DNA of 64,000 bases from an uncultured candidatus Porisulfidus sp. GTDB lineage: Bacteria > Pseudomonadota > Gammaproteobacteria > Poriferisulfidales > Poriferisulfidaceae. The position numbers were made by a program, and so were the translations under genes. The notes beneath the pieces were generated by a model. That model ran no database searches, was not told the origin of the DNA, and saw nothing but the letters and a program-made list of their open reading frames with translations. This document shows, piece after piece, positions 30,155 to 38,805 of this stretch; position 1 is the first letter of the stretch; each line of letters opens with the position of its first letter. The stretch spans positions 758,702 through 822,701 of the forward strand of contig OZ220694.1 of the NCBI GenBank assembly GCA_965116525.1, given 5' to 3'.

Positions 30155-31909
30155 GTGAAAGCTACTCTCGTCGCCAACCTGACCCAGGCATGGCAGACCC
30201 TGCACCAGCAGGGCCTGCTGCCCGATGCGAACCCCGACCGCATCGAGGTCGTGTCGACCAAGGACCCCCGGCACGGTGATTACGCCTGCAACCTGGCACT
30301 GGTCCTGGCACGGGAAGCCCAACTCGATGCACGTGAACTGGCCGAACAAATCATCCGGAACCTGCCGGAAAACCCGGGCCTGCTGAAAGCGGATGTGGCC
30401 GGCCCTGGGTTCATCAACTTCCAGTTGCGAGCGGAGGCCAAGGCTGAGATTGTCGACCACATCCTGAACCAAGGCGCGAATTACGGCACCCGACCACCGG
30501 GCAGCGAGCAACGCGTCCTGATCGAATACGTCTCCGCCAACCCGACCGGCCCCCTGCACGTCGGCCACGGTCGTGGCGCCGCGCTTGGCTCCTGCCTCGC
30601 CCGGATTCTTCACGCGGCCGGCCACACGGTCGAGTGCGAATACTTCATCAACGACGCCGGGCGGCAAATGGATATCCTGGCGGTCTCCGTCTGGCTGCGT
30701 TACCTGGAACTGTGCGGCGAACCTGTCACTTTCCCCGAGGCCGGTTACCAAGGAGACTACATCCTGGATATCGCGGCCGACCGCCATCGTGCTCATGGCG
30801 ACGAATGGCACGCCTCATTCGAGAATGTCCAGGCGGGCGCTCCGGACGACGGCCCGGACGAGGACGGCCACAACACGTATCTGGACTTCCTGATCCTGCG
30901 GGCCCGGGATTTTCTGGATGATTCAACCTGGGTGGAGCTGGTCTCGACCGCAACGGACATTCTGCTTGAGCGCATCCGTCGTGATCTGGACAATTTCGGC
31001 GCAAATTTCGACCACTGGCAATCCGAGCGCGAACTGCTGGACAACGACAGGGTCGAGAAAACCATCGCGCAGTTGCGGGAGGCTGGCCACCTGTACGAGC
31101 TGGAAGGCGCCCTGTGGTTCCGCTCAAGCGAATTCGGCGACGAGAAGGACCGCGTCGTCCAGAGAAGCAACGGGCAGTGGACGTATTTCGCAACCGACAT
31201 CGCCTACCATGCCGACAAGATGGCGCGCGGCTACGGCACCGCCATCAATATCTGGGGGGCCGATCATCACGGCTACGCAGGACGGGTGCGCGCCGCCCTA
31301 CAGGCACTGGACATCGACCCGAAACGGCTGGAAATCCTGCTGGTCCAATTCGCCAACCTGTACCGGGGAAAACAGAAAATCTCGATGTCGACACGTAGCG
31401 GGGAGTTCGTGACCCTGCAATCGCTGCAGCGCGAAGTCGGCCGGGATGCGGCACGCTTCTTCTACGTCATGCGCAAATCCGACCAGCACCTAGACTTCGA
31501 CCTGCAACTGGCCGCCGAACAGAGCGTGGACAACCCGGTCTATTACGTGCAGTACGCGCACGCACGGATCTGCAGCATCCTGGAACGGGCGGAGGACGAA
31601 GGCATCAGTATTCCCGAGAACCCCTGCGACCTGTCGTCGCTGACCGACGAGGGTGAGCGCGCGTTGCAGAAACAGCTGTCACGCTACCCGGACGCGGTCC
31701 TGCGCTCGGCCCAGGAGCGTGACCCGCATCACCTGACCGTCTATCTGCGCAAACTGGCTCAGGAATTTCACGCTTACTATAATGCGGTTGCCGTGCTGGT
31801 TGATGACTCTGCCGTATGCCAAGCCCGGCTCCGGTTGATCATGGCAGTTCGCCAGACGCTTGGAAATGGCTTGAACCTGTTGAACATCGACGCCCCCGAG
31901 AGCATGTAA
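30155..31909 (+). CDS. argS: Arginine-tRNA ligase
   Basis: 584-aa class I aminoacyl-tRNA synthetase with the HIGH-region variant (PTGPLHVGHGRGA) and a C-terminal DALR anticodon-binding domain. Confidence 0.9.
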   Translation: MKATLVANLTQAWQTLHQQGLLPDANPDRIEVVSTKDPRHGDYACNLALVLAREAQLDARELAEQIIRNLPENPGLLKADVAGPGFINFQLRAEAKAEIVDHILNQGANYGTRPPGSEQRVLIEYVSANPTGPLHVGHGRGAALGSCLARILHAAGHTVECEYFINDAGRQMDILAVSVWLRYLELCGEPVTFPEAGYQGDYILDIAADRHRAHGDEWHASFENVQAGAPDDGPDEDGHNTYLDFLILRARDFLDDSTWVELVSTATDILLERIRRDLDNFGANFDHWQSERELLDNDRVEKTIAQLREAGHLYELEGALWFRSSEFGDEKDRVVQRSNGQWTYFATDIAYHADKMARGYGTAINIWGADHHGYAGRVRAALQALDIDPKRLEILLVQFANLYRGKQKISMSTRSGEFVTLQSLQREVGRDAARFFYVMRKSDQHLDFDLQLAAEQSVDNPVYYVQYAHARICSILERAEDEGISIPENPCDLSSLTDEGERALQKQLSRYPDAVLRSAQERDPHHLTVYLRKLAQEFHAYYNAVAVLVDDSAVCQARLRLIMAVRQTLGNGLNLLNIDAPESM

Positions 31910-32502
31910 TGGCGGCCCCCAAAAAACGCACAGCAGCCCCAAAACGACGCCCCGCGGCTCCTAAGCGGCGGCCGACCGCCAAAAAACGCAAGACCCGCAC
32001 GCCCCTGCCCCCGTGGCTCCTGCTCGGCGGCGGCCTGCTGGTCGGCATTGCCAGCGTGCTGGTATTCAACGTGGCGAAGGAAGTGGAGTGGCGCAACTTG
32101 TGGGGCGAAACCCCGTCATCCAAAACAGCGTCGTCGGAACCGGCGACAACCCCGCGGTTCGACTTCTATACCATCCTGCCCAGCCAGGAGGTCGTGGTGC
32201 CCGACCGGGCACCGCCCGCCAAAAAGAAAGAAAAACCGGACGACAAGAAAACCAAGCCCGTACCCGAGGGCGTCTACTACCTTCAGGCGGGATCCTTTCG
32301 TAAAATCGACGAGGCCAACAGCATGAGGGCCCGGGTCATCCTGCTCGGGACCGAGGCCTCCATCCAGTCCGTCACCATGGACCGCGATACCTGGCACCGG
32401 GTCCGGGTCGGGCCCTACACGGATCTGGCGCGGCTGCGCGAGGTGCGCCAGCGGCTACGCGACAACAAGATCGAGACGCTGCTGATCCGCGCCCACAAGT
32501 AG
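31909..32502 (+). CDS. SPOR-domain cell-division protein (FtsN-like)
   Basis: Basic N-terminus, one TM helix, Pro/Lys-rich linker, and a C-terminal SPOR domain (VYYLQAGSFRKIDEANSMRARV...HRVRVGPYTDLARLREVRQRL). The start overlaps the argS stop (TAATG). Confidence 0.7.
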   Translation: MAAPKKRTAAPKRRPAAPKRRPTAKKRKTRTPLPPWLLLGGGLLVGIASVLVFNVAKEVEWRNLWGETPSSKTASSEPATTPRFDFYTILPSQEVVVPDRAPPAKKKEKPDDKKTKPVPEGVYYLQAGSFRKIDEANSMRARVILLGTEASIQSVTMDRDTWHRVRVGPYTDLARLREVRQRLRDNKIETLLIRAHK

Positions 32503-32507
32503 CACGG

Positions 32508-32717
32508 CTACTGCGCCTGGATTTCCCCTTCGACCACCACACTCAACGGCGAGGCCGGAGACCGATCCCCGTAATCGGTCAGATCCTCCAGCGTGCAGCG
32601 CAACCGCAGGGGGACGCCTTCCCCCAGAAGTGCCAGATGCCGGACGATGGCCTCGTCCGCCTGCACTCCGAATCGTTTCAGCAACATTCGAATGTCTTTC
32701 CGGTTCTCTTCGCTCAT
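32508..32717 (-). CDS. Small hypothetical protein (about 70 aa)
   Basis: ORF divergent from fur. No family was recognised and coding status is uncertain. Confidence 0.25.
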   Translation of the reverse strand: MSEENRKDIRMLLKRFGVQADEAIVRHLALLGEGVPLRLRCTLEDLTDYGDRSPASPLSVVVEGEIQAQ

Positions 32718-32844
32718 CCGTATCTCCCGCGGGAATCTCCCGAATTCAGTCTTCACACGGGTCAATTGTAGACGGCGGGTGATGGCCTCACAGGGCTCCG
32801 CCTATGCTAGAGTATGAAATTCCCTGATTGGCAAAGATTCTCCC

Positions 32845-33261
32845 ATGTCCAGCGACGATGGATTGCGCAAGGCGGGCCTCAAAAGCACCGTCCCCCGGCT
32901 GAAGATACTGGCTGTGCTGGAGCACAGCGATGTGCGCCACATGTCGGCCGAAGATCTCTATCGCAGACTGCTGGATGCCGACGAAGACATCGGGCTTGCG
33001 ACCGTGTACCGGGTCCTGACCCAGTTCGAGCAGGCGGGCCTGGTGGTCCGGCACAACTTCGATGCGGGCCGGGCTGTCTACGAGCTCAACGACGAATCGC
33101 CGCACGAGCACCTGATCTGCACGGAGTGCAATGCCGTCATCGAGTTTGAGGACCAGGAACTCGTCGAACATCTACGGGACGTCACCCGGCAGGAGCAGTT
33201 CGACCTGCAGAGCCACTCTCTGTATCTGTACGGCGTCTGTAGCGCCTGCCAGGAAAAGTAG
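32845..33261 (+). CDS. fur: Ferric uptake regulator
   Basis: 138-aa protein with conserved Fur blocks (GLKSTVPRLKILAVL, HEHLICTECNAVIEF, CSAC). Confidence 0.9.
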   Translation: MSSDDGLRKAGLKSTVPRLKILAVLEHSDVRHMSAEDLYRRLLDADEDIGLATVYRVLTQFEQAGLVVRHNFDAGRAVYELNDESPHEHLICTECNAVIEFEDQELVEHLRDVTRQEQFDLQSHSLYLYGVCSACQEK

Positions 33262-33281
33262 AGCCCGCCGCCGCAGGGCTC

Positions 33282-33545
33282 ATGTCTAAGGCTGGTGAAG
33301 GGGAACGATTGCTTGAAGAAGCGGTGCTGGAGGTGCTTTTCAAGGCCAGACAGAGCGGCGAGGCAAGTGTCGGGGCAACCGAGATAGCACGACGAGCGGG
33401 AATTTCTGAGGGGTCGTATCCGGCATTTTCCGGTGCCTTCGTCAATGGTGCGCTTGGCAATCTGTATAAGGCCGGTAAGGTCGAACCGGATAGACAAGGC
33501 AGAACTAAGTGGAGACTTGTCAATCCATCCAGATCAATCCCCTAG
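33282..33545 (+). CDS. Small hypothetical protein with HTH-like segment
   Basis: 87-aa ORF with a possible helix-turn-helix (GATEIARRAGISEGS). It has visibly lower GC and atypical codon usage (AGA, ATA, TCT) compared with neighbouring genes. Confidence 0.35.
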   Translation: MSKAGEGERLLEEAVLEVLFKARQSGEASVGATEIARRAGISEGSYPAFSGAFVNGALGNLYKAGKVEPDRQGRTKWRLVNPSRSIP

Positions 33546-33562
33546 CCGACCCAACGCCGCGT

Positions 33563-35860
33563 TCACCACTCCCAGTTGACCCGGGCGTAGATGTTGCGCC
33601 CCGGCCCCGGCAGGCGCTCGCCAACCTCCAAATCTCCCCCGCTGACCCGGTTGAAGCCGTTCATGTGATCGACGTACATGCGGTCCGTCAGGTTCTCCAC
33701 GCCGGCAGACAGCATGAAGCCCATGGACGGATGCGTGTACTCGGTGCGCAGGTTGTATAGCGCATACCCGGAAGTCGACCGGTTGTGATTGTTGCCGCTT
33801 TGGGGGTCGTCCAGCAAAAGCTGCGAGATCTTGGACTGGCGCGCCGCCCAATCCACTTCGACCGACACGATCCAGTCGTCCAGGGTGCGCGAGACGGACA
33901 TCAGGCCGCGTAGCGGCGGCATGCGGTAGACATTGTCGTCCCGAATCGTGTGGGTCGTCCCGTCCTCCCGTTCCTGGCTCTCGAAAGACTCGCGCAGTTT
34001 GCCGCGCACGTAACTGACCGTGCCGTCCAATCGCCAGTCATCCGTCAGCGGGAATCCGAACACCGCATCGGCCCCGTAGAACTCGGCGTCGACATTCGCG
34101 AACTGGATCGGAGTGGGATCGCCGTTGAGCACGCTGCTGACCCGGATCAGGTGTTCGTCCGTGGCCGGGATCCCGGTGATGTAGTCGTCGACCCTGCGCG
34201 CGAAGACCCGCGGAGAGAATTTCCTACCGCTGTCTTCCCAGTTCAGGCCCAGTTCGACCTGCCAGGAATCCTCGGGCTTTAAGTTGATGTCGCCGACGTA
34301 GTTGTTGCCGTCGCCCAGGCCTGCATTGATCTCAAGCGGAACCCACAGGTAGCGTTCCATGTAGGCCGGCGCCCGGGTCTTGTGAGCCAGGCCGAATTCA
34401 AGGTCAATCGATTCGCCCCAGTCGTAGCGCAGCACGGCAGTCGCATCGATCTCGGTGTCATCCTGGCTGCGGTCTGCCCGGTTGAAGCGCCCGCTGAGCA
34501 TGCCGACCGACATGGCCGGAGGCGGCATCCAGTCCGCCGGCGTCAACGTAGGGTCGTCGCACCCTCTCATGGCAAGGGATCCGTTCGAACCGTACTTGGG
34601 ATGCTCGCCGCTGGCGTTGACCCTGAGTAGCATCTCGCAAGTCGGCCGGAAATGCTGGACGAAATCGGCATCCGTGCGCGTATGGTGCACTCGTACGCCG
34701 AATTCTCCGCTCCACGGGCCTGTGAGATCACCGCTCCACTCGATGAACGCCCCGTACTCGTCCGTCGTCGCATCATCGAAATTCTCGACGAAGAAAGGGG
34801 GCGCATCCGGATCGTAGACCGTTGCCCCGCTTTCGCTCTGCCTGAAATCCAGCCCCATGCGCAAGGTCCCGTCCCCCCAGGGATGGCTCCCGATCAGTTT
34901 TCCTCCGATCGACAGCCCGTCGACCAGCACCAGGCGCTTGTCGGTCCCGCGAAACGGCGGCAGGATGTTGGCCTGACTGAAGTCCGGCGGGTCGCGCAGG
35001 GCGTAGTTGGACATGTCGTGATCGGTTTCCTGGTAGTGGATCTGCGCCTCCATGTGCCACTCCCCGACATCACCGTGGTAGCGCAGGTTCATCAGGTCCG
35101 TGTGGTAGAAGTGAATATCCATCGGCAGGGCCGGCACGCCGGCATTCCCCGTATTGTTCCGGGCATAGTCGAACATCAGTTCGCCCTGCCCCAACTGGTG
35201 GCCCGTGCCGAACCCGAAGAAATCGCGCTTGTAATGGGAAGTCCGGATTTTTATGTCCGCGCTGTTCGTCTCATCGCCTTGGTCGTGTGCCCCGTACAGG
35301 TGGTATCGGGCACGATCATTCGACACCGCCAGGAACACGCTTGCGCTGTTGCCGTCATTGAATGAAAGGTTGTCCGCCGTGACCCGCCCATGAAATTCGT
35401 AATCCTCGGACAAGTTGTAACGACTGGTGTACGAGAGCGCGTCGATGTAGCCGCCAATCGCAGAACCTGACCCCACCGGCGCGATGCCGCGATGCACCTG
35501 CACCGAATCCATGAGGGAACTGGGCATGTAATGCAGCGGGCTGTCCATCCAGGCAGGTCCGGCCGTATGCGGTTGTCGACCATCCAGATGGGTCTGAACC
35601 CGGTAAGTGTGCTGGCCCCGATATTGCGGGATGCTGGTCAGGGCGCCGTTGCGACTGACCGCGCCACCCGGCGCCAGGCGAATCAGGTTGGGAGTATCTG
35701 TCGGAACGCCGGCATGCTGGAACATCGCCCTGGAACCAAAGACCGTGATGATTTCCTGCGCATGGACGGCTGCCGTCGTGAACAGGAATGCCGTAACGGC
35801 CAGCAGGCCCGAGAGAGAAAAGCCGCATATCTGCATGCAGATCATCCCACAATGCGCCAT
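33563..35860 (-). CDS. TonB-dependent outer-membrane receptor (likely Fur-regulated iron or siderophore uptake)
   Basis: Signal peptide, plug domain, and 22-strand barrel ending ...IYARVNWEW, with a terminal aromatic residue. It lies immediately downstream of fur and convergent to it. Confidence 0.8.
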   Translation of the reverse strand: MAHCGMICMQICGFSLSGLLAVTAFLFTTAAVHAQEIITVFGSRAMFQHAGVPTDTPNLIRLAPGGAVSRNGALTSIPQYRGQHTYRVQTHLDGRQPHTAGPAWMDSPLHYMPSSLMDSVQVHRGIAPVGSGSAIGGYIDALSYTSRYNLSEDYEFHGRVTADNLSFNDGNSASVFLAVSNDRARYHLYGAHDQGDETNSADIKIRTSHYKRDFFGFGTGHQLGQGELMFDYARNNTGNAGVPALPMDIHFYHTDLMNLRYHGDVGEWHMEAQIHYQETDHDMSNYALRDPPDFSQANILPPFRGTDKRLVLVDGLSIGGKLIGSHPWGDGTLRMGLDFRQSESGATVYDPDAPPFFVENFDDATTDEYGAFIEWSGDLTGPWSGEFGVRVHHTRTDADFVQHFRPTCEMLLRVNASGEHPKYGSNGSLAMRGCDDPTLTPADWMPPPAMSVGMLSGRFNRADRSQDDTEIDATAVLRYDWGESIDLEFGLAHKTRAPAYMERYLWVPLEINAGLGDGNNYVGDINLKPEDSWQVELGLNWEDSGRKFSPRVFARRVDDYITGIPATDEHLIRVSSVLNGDPTPIQFANVDAEFYGADAVFGFPLTDDWRLDGTVSYVRGKLRESFESQEREDGTTHTIRDDNVYRMPPLRGLMSVSRTLDDWIVSVEVDWAARQSKISQLLLDDPQSGNNHNRSTSGYALYNLRTEYTHPSMGFMLSAGVENLTDRMYVDHMNGFNRVSGGDLEVGERLPGPGRNIYARVNWEW

Positions 35861-36002
35861 TAAGGAATCTCCTTGCAAGTCCTTGGACAATCAAAAGGCC
35901 GATCAGAGCCCTAAAACTCCGGTCGGCCGGATAAAACGGGCTGCCCGAAGGCTTCGACCCCGGACAACCGGCGGCAATAGTACCAAATAAGGAAGGTAGC
36001 GG

Positions 36003-37712
36003 CTAACGGCCGACCGCCTCCAGCCACAGGCACTGGTACGGCGCCAGCGTCAGATCCACGTGGCGGCGGAGAACCCGGATGCGATTTTTCCCGATCAGGT
36101 CGTCCACCGTGCGCGGCTGCCCCAGCGGATGCGTGTCCAGATGCACGCGCTGCGGGTGCGGCGTGATGTTGCAGAGCACCAGAATCTTCTGCTGGGGCGA
36201 CTCCCGCACCAGGCCGAGGAATCCCGAGCCGAGAGCCAAGGGCGTCATCGATGCCCGTGGTGCGAACGCGGGCTGCGCAGCACGCAAACGGATCAGGTCC
36301 AGCAAGGCCTCCAGCACCTCCCGGCGCGGGTGCCCCGGTTCGTCCAGCTGCCGTTCAAGCTCCGCCCGGTCCAACTGCCCGCGGTTGATCGAGCGCACGC
36401 GCCCGGTCTCGCGCACTTTCTCCTCGTCGTTCGGTGAAGCCAGCAAGCTGTGGATGTAGAAGGCCGGGATTCCCGGCAACGACAGAAGGATCGTGTGCGC
36501 ACACAGCATCCGGGCGATCTGGAAATCGTCTTCGCCGAAGCGGGTGCCGCGCAGAGCATCGAACAGCGTGATGTTGATTTCATAGGGGTGCTCGCGGCCG
36601 TCGTCACCCACCCGGGTGCTGATCCGCCCGCCGAAGCGGCGCATCGTCTGCAGGAGATCTTCCAGTTCCTCCGGGGTGACGATCCGCTCGACCGGACGCA
36701 CGCCAATGCCGTCGTGGGACGCGATGAAATTCAGGAACGTGCAACTCGGCGGCAACTCCGGCCAATCGCGGAGCCACCGATTCAGGTAGACGGAACTGCC
36801 GCGATGCAGGGCCTGCAGCACCAAGGACGGCAGCGCGAACTGGTAGACCAGGTCCGCTTCGTCTCCCGTACCGAAGTAGCTCAGGTTCTCGTGCTGCGGG
36901 ACGTTGGTTTCGGTGATCAGCCGGCAGGCTGGCGCATACTCCCCGAGAATCGCATGGAGCAACCGGATGACCCGGTGCGTCTGAGGCAGATGGATGCAAG
37001 TCGTCCCGGGTTCCTTCCACAGATAAGCGACCGCATCCAGCCGCAGCAGGCGTGTACCGGCGGCCACATACTGCGCCATTACGTCGACGATTTCGAGCAA
37101 AACCTCCGGGTTGCGGTAGTTGAAGTCCAACTGGTCGTCGCTGAACGTGGTCCAGACCCCGCGGCTCCGCGGGTCGTTCGGCAGCGGAGTGATTAATGGG
37201 GTTGCCCGTGGTCGGACGACCTTGGAAGTGTCCATTGCCGAATCCACCACATGAAACCAGGGTTCCGCGCTGGCATCTCCGGACCACAGGCGCTGCGCCA
37301 GCAGGTGATCCCGCGAACAGTGATTAAGCACCAGGTCGGTCATCAGGTCGAATTCCCCGGCGATCCGGGAAACATCCTCCCAGTCTCCCAGATCGGGGCG
37401 CACCTCCCGGTAGGACGAGATCGCGAAGCCGTCATCCGAGGTGAACGGGAAATAGGGAAGCAGATGCACGGCGCTGAACGCGTCCTGCAGGTGGGCTTCC
37501 AGAAAATCGGCCAGGGTGCGCAGCGGCGCCACCCCGGGTTCGGTCAGGGTATCGGCATAGGTGATCAGCAGCGCGTCTTTCTCCGACCACTCCCGGTTCG
37601 GGCGGCGCGGTGCATACGCATGCCGCTCAAAGCTCTCGCCGATCCTCTGCTGCAGCGCATCCGCGTCCGCCTCCGGGTACAGCGCCCGGAGATGCTTGGA
37701 AATGACGTTCAT
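36003..37712 (-). CDS. GH13 sucrose-phosphorylase-like glycoside phosphorylase (sucrose / glucosylglycerate phosphorylase family)
   Basis: 569-aa protein from the internal start MNVISKHL. GH13 catalytic blocks are present (LRLDAVAYLWK with the nucleophile Asp; NFIASHDGIGVR). Length and motifs fit the sucrose phosphorylase subfamily. It has an ATGA overlap with queG. Confidence 0.65.
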   Translation of the reverse strand: MNVISKHLRALYPEADADALQQRIGESFERHAYAPRRPNREWSEKDALLITYADTLTEPGVAPLRTLADFLEAHLQDAFSAVHLLPYFPFTSDDGFAISSYREVRPDLGDWEDVSRIAGEFDLMTDLVLNHCSRDHLLAQRLWSGDASAEPWFHVVDSAMDTSKVVRPRATPLITPLPNDPRSRGVWTTFSDDQLDFNYRNPEVLLEIVDVMAQYVAAGTRLLRLDAVAYLWKEPGTTCIHLPQTHRVIRLLHAILGEYAPACRLITETNVPQHENLSYFGTGDEADLVYQFALPSLVLQALHRGSSVYLNRWLRDWPELPPSCTFLNFIASHDGIGVRPVERIVTPEELEDLLQTMRRFGGRISTRVGDDGREHPYEINITLFDALRGTRFGEDDFQIARMLCAHTILLSLPGIPAFYIHSLLASPNDEEKVRETGRVRSINRGQLDRAELERQLDEPGHPRREVLEALLDLIRLRAAQPAFAPRASMTPLALGSGFLGLVRESPQQKILVLCNITPHPQRVHLDTHPLGQPRTVDDLIGKNRIRVLRRHVDLTLAPYQCLWLEAVGR

Positions 37713-38761
37713 GCGTGGCGCTCCAGCGCCCACGCGACATGCTCGCGCACCAGTTCGCTGGGGTGTCCGGCGCGGGCTCTCAGCGACGCGACCACGGCCT
37801 CGTCGCGCGGGGCATTGCCCAGCGCCACGGCGACATTGCGCAACCACTGGAGGTGGCCGATGCGGCGCATCGCCGTGCTCTCGGTGTGGCGCAGGAAATC
37901 CTCCTCTTCCCAAGCCATCATCTCTACCAGCGATGATCCCTCCAGCGCCGCCCGCGGCTGGAAATCCTCCACGGAGGCCAGTTGCGCGTAGCGGTTCCAA
38001 GGACAGACCAACTGGCAATCGTCGCAGCCGTAGACCCGGTTCCCGATCAGTGGCCGCAATGGTACGGGTATCGGCCCCTTTAGCTCAATCGTCAGGTACG
38101 AGATGCAGCGGCGCGCATCCAACTGGTACGGCGCGACAATCGCCTGGGTCGGGCAAACGTCGATGCAGGCTCGGCAGCTCCCGCAGTGCTCTTCTTCGGT
38201 CGGCGGATCGGGCGTCAACGGCAGGTTCGTATAAATCTCGCCGAGGAAAAACCAGGATCCCGCGTCCTTATCCAACAGGTTGGTGTGCTTGCCGATCCAG
38301 CCCAGTCCGGCCCGCTCGGCCAAGGCTTTCTCGAGCACCGGCGCGCTGTCGGTGAACACACGGTAGCCGAATGGGCCCGCCACTTCCTCCATACGTTTCA
38401 CCAAGCGCCGCAGACGACTGCGCAACACCTTGTGGTAGTCCCGCCCCAAGGCATACCGAGACACATAGCCGCAGGCCGGGTCCGCCAGTGCCTGTTCTGC
38501 GCGATCGATCCCGTGCGGCAGGTAGTTGAGCCGCACCGAAATCACCCGCTGCGTCCCGGGTACCAATTCCTTCGGGCGCGAACGGCGCACCCCGTGGCGC
38601 TGCATGTAGCCCATCTCGCCATGCCAGCCCCGCCCCAGCCAGTCCAGCAGGCGTGCCTCATGCTCCTCCAGGTCCAGGTCGGCAATGCCCACCCGATCGA
38701 AGCCCAACTCCCGGCCCCACCGGTGGACGGCATGCGAAAGATCCGGCAGTGAATCGGACAT
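37709..38761 (-). CDS. queG: Epoxyqueuosine reductase
   Basis: 350-aa protein with two 4Fe-4S ferredoxin-type cysteine clusters (CGSCRACIDVCP, CDDCQLVCPWN) and a C-terminal HEAT-like region typical of QueG. Confidence 0.85.
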   Translation of the reverse strand: MSDSLPDLSHAVHRWGRELGFDRVGIADLDLEEHEARLLDWLGRGWHGEMGYMQRHGVRRSRPKELVPGTQRVISVRLNYLPHGIDRAEQALADPACGYVSRYALGRDYHKVLRSRLRRLVKRMEEVAGPFGYRVFTDSAPVLEKALAERAGLGWIGKHTNLLDKDAGSWFFLGEIYTNLPLTPDPPTEEEHCGSCRACIDVCPTQAIVAPYQLDARRCISYLTIELKGPIPVPLRPLIGNRVYGCDDCQLVCPWNRYAQLASVEDFQPRAALEGSSLVEMMAWEEEDFLRHTESTAMRRIGHLQWLRNVAVALGNAPRDEAVVASLRARAGHPSELVREHVAWALERHA

Positions 38762-38805
38762 GGCGGAAAAGGACTCCCTAAAAGGGTTCTACTATACTGA
38801 CTACT

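Noticed and set aside
32766-32844. Fur box upstream of fur and of the TonB-dependent receptor at 35861-36002
   Set aside because: I found only weak resemblance to the GATAATGATAATCATTATC consensus (e.g. TGAAATTCCCTGATTGGCAAAGATT). It is not convincing enough to call without a position-weight-matrix scan.
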